Positions 1-10,317 of a DNA stretch of 63,863 bases are shown piece after piece. Location: positions 360,052 to 423,914 of the forward strand of contig DF236954.1 of assembly GCA_000708835.1 (NCBI GenBank), written 5' to 3'. The notes below the pieces were generated by a model. The model was given only the letters and a program-made list of their open reading frames with translations. It had not been told where the DNA came from and ran no database searches. How positions within the stretch are numbered: the stretch's first letter is position 1; the number at the start of each line of letters is the position of its first letter. The DNA comes from Klebsormidium nitens. Lineage: Eukaryota > Plantae > Klebsormidiophyceae. The position numbers were made by a program, and so were the translations under genes.

Positions 1-107
1 CTGACTCCGGTTTCAGCATAGTCAAGCCACTCACACTAAGTCAGCTTTGAGTACTATCTTCCTCAACACTCACTGAGCTGCATTCATCACTTTTCTGTTA
101 CTAGGAC

Positions 108-1163
108 TTACAAAGAGCTCGAGAAGCCATCCTTGAAAGCCAACCGACCGATCATCCGTTTTCGGAACCATGACTCTCTGAGGAGCATCTTGTCTGTCCA
201 GGAGGTATCCTTCGAGATTAAGCGGCAAGTGGCAGACAACTCTACCTTCCAATCTTTGACTTTCAAAGAGCATCTTTGACCAGATTTTCGACGCTCATGA
301 CCCGTTCCTTCTGGCTTTTCTAACCTGCCACTCAGGGAAGAAGAGAGGCTGACATCCTCCGTGAAAACTCTGAACCCCGTTGTCCATGAGCTCAAGCTAC
401 CTGCACACCCGTCGACACAGAATCCTCTGTCTTTTTCAAAGTTTGGATACGCTGAGCTGTCAAGAAGCATCGGACCAGGATGACGCATGTACAGGGGAAC
501 GGATGCTCCGCCTGGAAGGAAAATAATGTCCAGCACAAATGCGTACTTTACTCTACCAAAGCTGCTCTTCTCAGCTTTAGTCGAGATGTTCGCGAGCCCC
601 AGTTCCATGCCAGCGTTGCGAGAAGCTAGTTTGAGACGAGACTCCAAACTGTTGAAGTCGAATGCTGTCTCTTGATTACTCCCCAAGGTGCGCTGCCGCA
701 CAGGACCTGGTTCCATTGCTTCCTGATTTGCGACGCCCCAGAGTATGATCCTTTTCTGCAGCGATTTCACAAGGAAAAGCAGCCTTATCTGCGGACACGC
801 GTTGCCTTCGGCGGACTTGGACTTTACAGAGCTCAGTTCTTTCTTCTTCTGCTTCTCCCAGCGAACTATCACCAGGTTCCTGTACCCAGAGAAGCCTTTA
901 ATCGCATCTTCGAAGGCTTTGGCTTCTGAACATTCAGCAGGAAACTGCTCGCGCTCATGGAACATCTTCTTCCATAGGCTTAGCTGTTCATCAGAAGCAA
1001 TGTTCTGGAAGGTTCTGCAAGCGTACGTGGCGTCTATGAAGGAAGGCGGATCCTGCACAGCAAGCTTGCTGAGGATGATAGCCAGAACATCTAACGGCAG
1101 TTCGTGCAGCGCGCTTCCGTTCTCAGCCGCTCTTGTGGCCCCCGCGCCTACTGACAACGTCAT
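108..1163 (-). CDS. Intronless F-box-like protein, 351 aa (lineage-specific family)
   Basis: Single ORF. N-terminal LHELPLDVLAIILSKL...ACRTFQNIASDEQLSLWKKMF has the F-box pattern (LP.ev...Il..l...l...s.vCr.w). A close paralogue lies divergently at 1511. Confidence 0.8.
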   Translation of the reverse strand: MTLSVGAGATRAAENGSALHELPLDVLAIILSKLAVQDPPSFIDATYACRTFQNIASDEQLSLWKKMFHEREQFPAECSEAKAFEDAIKGFSGYRNLVIVRWEKQKKKELSSVKSKSAEGNACPQIRLLFLVKSLQKRIILWGVANQEAMEPGPVRQRTLGSNQETAFDFNSLESRLKLASRNAGMELGLANISTKAEKSSFGRVKYAFVLDIIFLPGGASVPLYMRHPGPMLLDSSAYPNFEKDRGFCVDGCAGSLSSWTTGFRVFTEDVSLSSSLSGRLEKPEGTGHERRKSGQRCSLKVKDWKVELSATCRLISKDTSWTDKMLLRESWFRKRMIGRLAFKDGFSSSL

Positions 1164-1330
1164 GGCGGCGTCTAGTCTGCCTTCTCAGGCTCTGCTCTTC
1201 GTCTTAGAGGTTACCTGTGGACGGGGCTGCGCTGATACGAACCGTCGAACTGCTGAACGTATAGTGGTTCTGAGGTGGTTCGAGAGTGGGAATGGAGGGT
1301 TTAAATTTTATGGCTGGTTCAAGCGGTAAA

Positions 1331-1358
1331 TTTGAGGGTTTAGGTTTGAGGGTTTGAG
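1331..1358. promoter_or_regulatory. Degenerate telomere-like (telo-box-like) repeat in the bidirectional promoter of the F-box pair
   Basis: tttgaggg-tttagg-tttgaggg-tttgag resembles plant TTTAGGG units. It is followed by a very GC-rich tract at 1361-1405. Confidence 0.4.
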
Positions 1359-1510
1359 CCCCGCGGCCGCGCACTTCCGGCCGCGCCCCAGCGCGCGCGG
1401 CGCAGCAGTGCCAGCGACTCGCTCACTCCTTAAATTCAAGAATTCAATGCTCTTCGCTCTCCGAAGTAGAACGAACAAGGTCACTCTGAAATTGTAAAGG
1501 CGCCTGCAAC

Positions 1511-2579
1511 ATGCCGCCGCCATCCGCTGAAGGTTTCACCTGTGACAGAGGGCTACACTCGCTTCCAATTGACGTCCTTTGCGTCATTCTGAGCAAGGTC
1601 GCTGCACAGGACCCTCCCTCCTTTCTAGAAGCCACGCGCGTATGCAGAGTCTTCCAAGATATCGCGTCAGATGAACAGCTATGCTTGTGGAAGAAGGTTC
1701 TCATTGGATATGGTCAGCTGCGTGATGACACTCCAGAAACGAAGACCTTTGACGACACAGTTGCCAGCTTCAGCGGATACAAAAGTCTGGTAGAAGCTCG
1801 CTGGGGGAAGCCAAGCTGCGCATCCTATGACTCCAGCTCTGATGACCAGAAGCCCAGAGAAGAAGGGGGCGCTGCATGCCTAGAGACTAGGTTTCTCTTC
1901 CTTTCCAGGTCGCTGGAGGGACACTTGGTGATGTGGGGCGTTTCTAAAGAGGATCTGAAAGGCTTGGAGTTAGGCATGTACCTGAATGGGGGAGTTGGCG
2001 AACGAGATTTTGGGTTGCTTTGTATGAGGTCCATAAATCTAACATTCATCTCTCAGGATCCTGCTGAAGTTGAGGAGGGGCTCACAAAGATATGGAGACA
2101 CGCTAAAAGGACTGTAGACGATAGAAATGAATGTTTTTCTTTTGGAGGTGTTCTTCCTGCTTCCAGGAGAACCAGCGCCGTTGTACATAAGATACCCAGA
2201 CTCGATTTCCATCTACACGACGGAGAACCACAATTTCCGACACGACAAGGACGTTATCTGGTTTTCTGGGAGTGAAAGAACGGTGTGGAGCCCAGCAGGA
2301 TCCGAGGATTGGAAGGAGGAAGTGTGGATTCGTCTCGACATCAATGTCCGTTTGCGTGATATGTCCAAAGCAAAGCATGCCGAGGTGCTTCCTAAAGGTC
2401 AACGAGAGCCCTGCGTTCAGGAACTCAGGGGTGCGGAATGGCACTTCGATATTCATGCACGTAGCAGACCTTTTGGCCCTGAGTGTAGACTTTGGATGCG
2501 AAACACAAAGCTCAGTGTTAAGGAGAGCATGCTCTGTCGTCTGTCGTTGGGATCTGGCCCTTTAAGTCAAGGGATGTAA
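1511..2579 (+). pseudogene. F-box-like paralogue interrupted by one +1 frameshift near 2118-2130
   Basis: ORF 1511-2275 matches the N-half of 108-1163 (LHSLPIDVLCVILSKVAAQDPPSFLEAT...DIASDEQLCLWKK). ORF 2127-2579 in the +1 frame matches the C-half (FLLEVFFLLPGEPAPLYIRYP vs FVLDIIFLPGGASVPLYMRHP). Removing 1 nt gives 355 aa versus 351 aa. Confidence 0.7.
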
Positions 2580-3791
2580 GGACGATTCTGACGATTTGAT
2601 TTTGTGCTGAGGACCTCGAAAAGTTTTGCCATGCAAAAATGCAGAAAATAGCGGAGCTACACGACCTTTCAGCGGGTTGTCCTGCTTTTGTATTCAAAGC
2701 CCGATGTGCCGGCCTGCATAGTATGGAACCGAAGCCAGCTTTTCGCATACGATCGATGATAGATTGCAGGGCGGCTCCGAGTCACGCGAGCTTGTCACCC
2801 GCAGCCTACACATATTCCTCTACAATCAAAGCGTCAATGAAAGAAACTAGCTGTGTAACTCGACAATCAGGCAAAGCGTGTCAAAAAGTCGTGAAAAACT
2901 CTCCCACCACGCAGACTTCGAGAATGCGACCGTCATGTTGGAAGCTGCACATGCATCTTGGCCCCCACACGTACGTACTTTTATTTGGACAATGACACCA
3001 TGATCGAGTCAACCCGTGCGCATGTGTGCAATGATGTGATTCATGCCAAACTCAGCTGTATAGCTGTTCACGTACGTGTGCTATAGCGGTTTGATTGCAC
3101 CAAGTGTATACTACACGCATGCTTGCATGGCCGCCCTACCGTGTCACGGTGCTGGGGCGATTATAAAGGCCACCATGGGCAGACGGTCTGCAGATATGAC
3201 CGTCATTCATGCAGGCCGGACAACTCGAGATTGACGGAATGCCGCGCGCTGCACAACTTCTTCCAGATTTTCTCTTCGACTGTGCCAACCCATATGTGAC
3301 CCGCAGGCTGGTACGTCTGGCAACAAACTAGGACTTAACATCACCCGGCCACGCTCACCAATCACCAAAAACGGTCCAGCTGACATTCAGGCTACCAACT
3401 TGAGGTGCTTCATCCCTTTCTTCATCCAAAGCGTGGCGGCTTTGGAGGTGCTACCTGGATTACATTCTTGGAGAGCTCCGCCAGCTAACACGTTCACTTA
3501 GAAGAAGTTCTTCTCAAAAATGCTCAGATGCTCGAAAGAGTTGTCTTCTGGAAGATACTCATGAATTGCAAGGAGATCAGGTCCTGATGGTGCATCAAAA
3601 GATTGCTTCCTTGCAGCACCGAAGTAGGAGAATTATCCTGAAAACAAACCTTGTACACGAGCATGTTATACACGCAACTGAGAGGCTCTCTTGACAATCT
3701 GAAGGCTTTCCTCCTATCGAAGTATACTCGCTGTACATCTTCTAAAAAGACCGCGTGCTACCCTAAGCAGTGAAGACAAAGTCATGCAAGC

Positions 3792-6700
3792 CTATGTTTG
3801 AGTCGCGATCGACTTGCTTAGGTCTGGTTTCCTGCTGGTAAACTCGGGGAGGTCGTACGACGACTTCTTGTCTTCTGGCTTCTTCTCCTCTACTTTCTTC
3901 TTCTCTGCCTTCTTGGGCTTAAAGTCGTAACCGCCCGGGTGCGGGCCCCAGGCAGTCCCAGCCTTGCCGTGCTGCAATCAAGCAGTACAAGTCTGCTTCA
4001 CTTCCCCCATAACTTCGCGCCAGAAAAGCTTTTAGACATGCCTTCTGCGTGAAATCCTTGCGATCTCTGCAACGTTCACCAAAAACGCAGGAGGCGACCT
4101 GACCCCTTCATAACACATACCTCGACAAAGGTTTTTGCAAGACCAAACTGGGAATCGCGCCTCGTTGTGCAAAAAGCCCACTCCAACATGACCCCAACGA
4201 AGAGCCACAACGACTCTTCGGCGGTCAATTGACATTGTGTGTGTCCGGAGATCCGCATAGTCAAAGTGAGTTCTTCATGAATTTTGACTTGTACGGACGT
4301 CTAGGACGAACTCCTGATGTTGCGCAAGCAGGCGCTGGCACAAAAAAGGTATTAGAACACGCGTGGCGACACGAAAGTTCTCCTTTGAGATTTCCAAAAA
4401 TCTTGTAGCTGAAGAAAGCAGTCAGGATATTTAACCTCTCCGAGCCTTGGCTTCGCGGGTGGCCTCTCCCACGAGAATGGGGACAGGAAACAAGGACTCT
4501 TGTAACATAGAGTTGATTGAAGCCTTGGGAACAGAAAGGAGCCGTTGTGTGCTCTACTCAAGCAACATGTCTGACGTACCTCTTTCGCCTCGGCTGCATT
4601 CACCACTCGATCCCAGGCATTCACGCCACCCCCTTTGCTGAGGGTCATGTGCGTCAGGCCTCGTAATTTGCCCTCAGACTGCACAAGGAAACAAGCCGGG
4701 TATGGAAGTGGGCCTTGAGCTTCGTCGGACGCTTGGCCTGGATGCCAATGACGTTAGGACTTTAAGGAGAGGTTCGTGGACGCAGAATGGAAAGATTTCC
4801 ATAACGGTGTTAACTTTAGGGGGCCACATTCAGTCCTAACATAAGCCTTCCAAAACGGCCACACTTTCAGAAAGCTCGGTCAGTGACCAAAATTGGCCAA
4901 TAGAGGGCATTCTGCAGGGTTTGAAAACGGCAAGACGCGGCGAGCGAAACCTTGTCGTTTCTCCGGTAGACTCATGATTGTGAAGTTGACATCTAAAGGC
5001 GAAACAAAGCGCTCTCCGTTCCGCTCCTGATAACAACCCTCCAACACCATCAAAACCCTCGAGTAAATGAAACATTGTAAGTTTTCAAATCGTCCATGAA
5101 ATAAAGAAAGCTCAAGAGTGATGTTCCAGAACAACTTCAAATCGCCGTGCGGCCTTGGGGGGCCTCCATCGTCCGTCATTGTTTGACACATTTTTTGTTG
5201 TGAGCTGAAGTTGTCACATTGAGAAAAGATGGGCGCTCCGCCAAAAACTACCTCGCCTTGAACAGGCGGCAGGGCGAAACGATAGGAGGTTTCCTATAAA
5301 AGGCCTTTCGAAGGGAGACAACGGGCCAGTTGACTCGTGCCGTCTGAAATAAAGTGAAACGGGTAGCTGGAGCCGGAGCCGGAACTGGAACCGGAAACGG
5401 AACGGGAATCGCACAGAGCTAGACCGACACTCGAATCAAAGCCGAAGTGCCAGCGCTCACCACCGACAGCAGATCGTCCTCATCGCCGTCTGCGGGCGGC
5501 CCGCCCGTGTAGGCGCACTTTTCGGACCGTCCGCAGGGTCGCAAGAACGTGGCATTGATCAGACGTCCGACGTCCTGCAAAGAGATGGAAGGAGAGGGGC
5601 GTGAGGCTCACCTCGAGAGGAGAGAAGCCGTCAGGCGCATTCGTGCCAGAATACTCGCACGGCGCATGCCGCTTGCAGGGGGTTAGGTACAGGCTGCTGA
5701 CGTAAGCGCCCACGTCCTGTGAACGAGGGGAGGGCGCTCATAGAGCTGAAAGACTATGCGACCTTTGATAGCCTCTTCTCAGGTGTCAGATAATGGAGCC
5801 TTGGACTTCTCGGGTCCTGGCTACTTTCAGCGAATTTGATGCGCCACTTCTTAGAATTCTGATCAAGCTTGAACGTAGGAAATCATACTGTGAGCCCTGG
5901 ATTTTAACGGAGCTTCACTCCTGGCTCAACCAGAACGGGACGCAAAGAGTGAAGAAAGGGGTTCGGACCCAGAAACCAGGAGATAGACCTTGAGTCTTGG
6001 ACAAGAACAGCGAACGAACTTGGACCGTTATGATGAAGAGACTTCAAGGTTTCACCCAGTCATCGATATGACCTGGGGGAAACACTGTAAAGTTTCATAC
6101 AACTTCATTGCAACAACATCGAAATCCACACGTCCCTTTCACCATCCGTACAGCTGCAGGTCGAGGATCCGTGAAACGCATAATCCTTGAAGTTAGTCTG
6201 GCAAGAATGGGCCGGGTTGTACTTACATGCTCGTTGATCTCCGTCCTGTCTGACTCGGGCCGTTCGCACCAGTTCTTCAGGGGCTCGGGGTTGAGAACGT
6301 CATGATGCGCGAGCTGCACAGCATGGGAAAAGGGTCGGTCGCTCCAACAGTGTAAGCATGGAAACAAATCGCATAGAGCCTGCAAAATTGCAAATACAAG
6401 GCAAGCAGAGATCCTAACCAACGACTATGTGCAACATAGCCTCGCCGTCTAACCTGGATCCCGGTTTCCAACATTTTAACTTGGGACAGGATCTGTTGAC
6501 GATAGAGACTGAAAAGCTGCTGAAATACTAGAAAGGGGTGACCAACCAAAGTACAGAAGCACGTCTGCACTGCAACATCGGCGTGTTTTCAAGAAGAACA
6601 AAACGAAGAGAACATTGCCGGATCATAGCTCACCTCGACCACTTCCTCCTTCCTTTCGGAGCTGGTTGGCTTCACAACATAGAACCTCTGCACCAACGGA

Positions 6701-9306
6701 TGGGTTCATCAAGCCTTGTCATATTCTGACTAAGCCGTGTATTGCCTGAACTTCATATCCCGTGTAGAACAAGAACCAATTCCCAAAGACAGAGACTGTG
6801 GCCAAGTATACATACGAAAGTCGTCCTCTGAAGCAAAGTCTCTGACCAATTTTTGGTATACGCTGATGCACAAGCCGCCTTGAAGCTGGTTTCGCACACA
6901 GGCGAAACAGTCGTCACAAAGGCTAGATCTACCTTCCGTTTGCAGAGACCGTTGAAGTTGACAAGTACCACTACCATGAGCTTACAAACGGAGGCTCCCG
7001 CAGTCGAGAGCGTTGCTGACCTGTCGGTATGGCATCTCGGGAGTCCTCCAAAACGACTGCTCTAAATACAGCACATGGCCCCCATCTGTCGGCATCCTAA
7101 ACCCAGTGTCGCAGGCACTATACCTGCCGTCCAGAAGAGAACAAGAGTTAGGGCCGTGCTTGCTCACCTGCCGATAGGGATGCTTTGGAAGATTGGCGAG
7201 TGTTTGCTCCTGATACAGCACGGGGGCGTTTTCTAGCTTGAGGCCCGTGTCGCAGGCCGACCATCTGCAGGCAGACCGCTGGGCGTTAGGCAGAAAAAAG
7301 GCGGACAGTTTCAGCATTCCGTGAATATGTGATCTGGAATCGAGTATTTGCCGGATGACATCAATCTCCAAGCAATCAAGGGCAATCAGGGCGTGTTATC
7401 CTGAAGGAAACGCAACACCAAAGTTGGCTCAGCAATCAAGGAGACCTTGAGATGAGAAGGCAGCATCGTACTGGTGACTGACAAGTGTCTTCTTTAAAGA
7501 GCCAAAAATTGGGCCCAGCGAGAACTGCACGCGCAGCGAGAACTGCTCCACTCTAATGCTGCATAAGTTGTTTTCGCACAGTCGAGGACAGCTTTCAGAG
7601 TAACCATTATTCGACCAGTCTCTAAGTTGTAAACTTTTTCCTTCAGGAACATCTCAAGTTTTTGCACCCCATCAAGACTCGTCCACAGAACGTCCCTTGT
7701 CCAGCATTGAAATCATTTCTCAACAATGTGCAGTCCACAGCCTTATGCCTGATGTGACCACTCTGCCCTGCTTGCTTCACCAGACTAGCTTCAAACACTG
7801 TGCAGAGCGGTTTTCAATGCTTGCTTGCTTTGGCTGGTTTTTGAACGCCGTCGCTGGCCAGGTCGTCCAGAATGGTAACCTCTCTGCTCTCACCTGATGG
7901 TCGAAACCCTTCCTTCCACCTGGGATGTACAAAACTGCATAAGAGGAGGAAAGAAAACTCTGTTGAGAACCAGGCCTGTCTCAAAACCCTCACCTGACGT
8001 TGTACCAGTCCTTGGACAGTGCTTGCTCCTCATTGCTCTGCAAAATAAAGGGAGCAAAAAAAGGGGTCAAAGGTGGTTGCGCTGAGATTGGCGCTTACCT
8101 GACGTTGAAGAATGAGTCCTCTCTGTGCAACGCCTGGTCAACATTCACCTGCAGAGGAGGCCGAGACTTCACAGGCCCTTACCCGGCAGCCTAAACCCCA
8201 ACTTAGTCCAAGTGTTCCAAACCACAGATTGTGAGAATGATCCCTTTGCTATTGAATTCCCTTAACTTGTCTAAAGTCAGTTTATCTGAATCGTTCTTCA
8301 GTGTCACCTGAACAGGACAAGTGGTACAGACTATGACAAATGTACCAGAATACTTATGCAAAGTACTTTTCATAATGAGAAAGCAGTCCTTTCATCCAAG
8401 GGTCCGAGCACTGGGAGATCCCACAGGTGAGATGGAAAGAAGGAACTGGAAAGAAATGAAGGTCAATGAAAATGAATTATGTGCGTTGATCAATCTATTA
8501 TATCGAAACAGGGTTCAAAGAGGTTCTTGCTTTTAACCTTTTGTTGCCGTGATTATGAGAAGGTAGTCACACAGATACCTGCCGATGTTGAGACTAGTGC
8601 GGCCTTTTGGATCCCAAGTACGATGTAGCATAGATCTTCTGCAGCTTAGAAAATGATAGAACCAAACTTGCTAGAAACGAATTTTTCAAGCATCCTGCTG
8701 CATAGGGAGAGGGCAACACAGCAATGCAGCAACAAGGATGCGGCGGTCGACTCTGCTTTCAATCCGAAAGCAGATGCAGATGTTTAAAAGCCAGAAGAAA
8801 CATGTCGCTGCAGGATTTATCGTTCCTCAAAACTTGTGGCAAAAGGCGTCAATGCAGAAAATTTCTTTGGAAAACTTTGATACGAAAAGCAATGCACTGG
8901 TGTTTCATCTAGCTTGCAGTGGTCGACCAGCTTCATGATCCACAACGTTAGCACCGAATCCTCTTAGCAACACTTTCACAAGGATCCTCTGAGTAAGCAT
9001 TTGCGCCGTATTCAAGCCATACAGTCCCATATTCACCAAAGAATAAAAGACTACCGGATTTGTCAAACATTTGCTGAGCAGCAGCATTACCTTCTCGCCT
9101 TCCAACAATTTCTTCACAGCCTCGACATGATCTTCTTTGGTTTTCTTCTTTGTCATTCTCTTGTATAGGAACCAGCTCCCCACAGCGACGGCCCCGGCTC
9201 CCACAAGCACCTTCCATTTCTGCTTTGAAGATTCATCCCCTCGGTCAGGCCCCGCCCCAGACGTGTTGGGTCTGCTGGTTGCAGCTTCCGCCTCCACTTG
9301 GGCCAT
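3792..9306 (-). CDS. CRL: CRUMPLED LEAF / CpcT-CpeT (DUF1001) bilin-lyase-like plastid outer-envelope protein
   Basis: Hand-spliced exons 9306-9091, 8148-8099, 7123-7021, 6687-6634, 6313-6227, 5716-5612, 4678-4580, 3971-3792 are all GT-AG and phase-consistent (894 nt, 297 aa). Motifs: N-terminal hydrophobic segment, FFNVR, VLYLEQSFWRTPEMPYRQRFYVVKP, KNWCERP, NAWDR, AWGPHPGGYDFKP. These match recalled CRL motifs (LYLEQAFWRTPQKPFRQR, KNFCDRP, LWDR, VWGPKEGPYEFKP). Confidence 0.9.
5366..5407. repeat. Degenerate hexamer tandem (RNNGGA-type) x7 in the CRL intron downstream of exon 6B
   Basis: gctgga gccgga gccgga actgga accgga aacgga acggga. Confidence 0.7.
5461..5574 (-). other. CRL: CRL alternative exon 6B (114 nt, DVGRLINATFLRPCGRSEKCAYTGGPPADGDEDDLLSV)
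   Basis: tttgcAG acceptor and GTG|gtgagc donor; phase 0/0. Shares DVG-x7-L-x-PC-x-R-x3-C-x-Y-x-G...DG with 6A. Confidence 0.8.
5612..5716 (-). other. CRL: CRL alternative exon 6A (105 nt, DVGAYVSSLYLTPCKRHAPCEYSGTNAPDGFSPLE)
   Basis: cacAG acceptor and GAG|gtgagc donor; phase 0/0. Confidence 0.85.
6454..6519 (-). other. CRL: Candidate CRL alternative exon 4' (66 nt, QLFSLYRQQILSQVKMLETGIQ)
   Basis: tatttcAG acceptor and CAG|gttaga donor; phase 0/0 like exon 4. No obvious sequence similarity to exon 4. Confidence 0.3.
7021..7123 (-). other. CRL: CRL alternative exon 3B (103 nt, YSACDTGFRMPTDGGHVLYLEQSFWRTPEMPYRQ)
   Basis: ggcAG acceptor and CAG|gtcagc donor. This is the more land-plant-CRL-like copy. 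Confidence 0.85.
7168..7264 (-). other. CRL: CRL alternative exon 3A (97 nt, WSACDTGLKLENAPVLYQEQTLANLPKHPYRQ)
   Basis: ctgcAG acceptor and CAG|gtgagc donor. Same phases (2 in, 0 out) as paralogous exon 3B; open frame. Confidence 0.8.
7894..7919 (-). other. CRL: Candidate CRL alternative micro-exon 2' (26 nt, VEGRVSTI+AG)
   Basis: ttttgtacatcccAG|GTG...ATCAG|gtgaga. Same phases (0 in, 2 out) and similar ends (GTG...TCAG) as exon 2. Confidence 0.45.
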
Positions 9307-10317
9307 CTCCCTTCACGTGATTGATTACTCGTCAACGCATGCAGCCAGATACTCTGACCTCAACGTGCTGTCTTGTTTGTAATCTGGAGTTTGGAGCGAG
9401 GAGGCACCCGACCAAAACCCTTCTGCAAGCTTTGGAGTTGCCTTCCGTACAATCAATGTGTGCCTGTAGAAGCTTAGTAGGTATGCCTTGCAATCTGGCA
9501 GTGGGAGGACAGCCTTGGCCCACCCAGGTATGGGGCTAGGAGCAGCTAAGTAGGAACCAAGCGAGGAACCCCCAAACATTGAAGGAACAAAGAACTTCGC
9601 ACAGTTCATGCACAGAAACTTTGCCGCTGCGCAAGTCTGACCAATTGAGAGGGGCGTGACACATCATCCGCAACTTCCGGATTTTGTTTAGAGGCCCCAT
9701 GGTAGCAATTCGTTACGTACCCCTACCTCGCGTTACGCAGCTTTCACTAGCCAATCTCGACTGGCTATACCATCGGTGCTTCTGGCGCTGGCACGTAGCG
9801 CGACTTACCAAGCGCGATCGGTACCGTACCTGGTACGTCTAAAGAGAGTCGGAAGATACTTTAAGTGCACAGGTGGCACGCGGTGGTGCAGTTGTGAGCA
9901 GCCACCTGGCGAATTCACCGCAGCGGATTCTCGCCCAGTCCGAAGTGGTGTCATGGTTTCGCACTTTTCTTTGGCAGGAAGAATTGGCACCAATGGCAGG
10001 AAGAAGGAAGTGTGTGCAGGAAGCTGAAGGAGCTTAGGACGTGTGAGCAGTGCTGGTTTTGCCTGACGAAAAGCAATCTGCAGCGTCTTGAGCAAAGTGA
10101 AGGTGTGTGCAGGAGCGCACGCATTTCATGCGGGAAGGATCACAAATTCTCAAGACAAGCTTGTGCTGAGAGCAGATTTGAACAGTTCAGGAAAAGCTGT
10201 GCAAGGAAAGAGGGCGGTTCCGGGAAGTAATTGGTTGTGCACCAGAAAACGGGCTAGGAACGTCAACCAAAAACTTATAATTCGAAGTTTTTGAAACATA
10301 AACCTAAAAGCAGTTTG

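Noticed and set aside
3500-3637. Possible alternative last exon of CRL (FSYFGAARK...KNFF*)
   Set aside because: The obvious acceptor places a TAA in that frame and the similarity is too weak.
6930-6980. Further candidate CRL exon between 3B and 4
   Set aside because: Poor acceptor, and no frame gives CpcT-like sequence.
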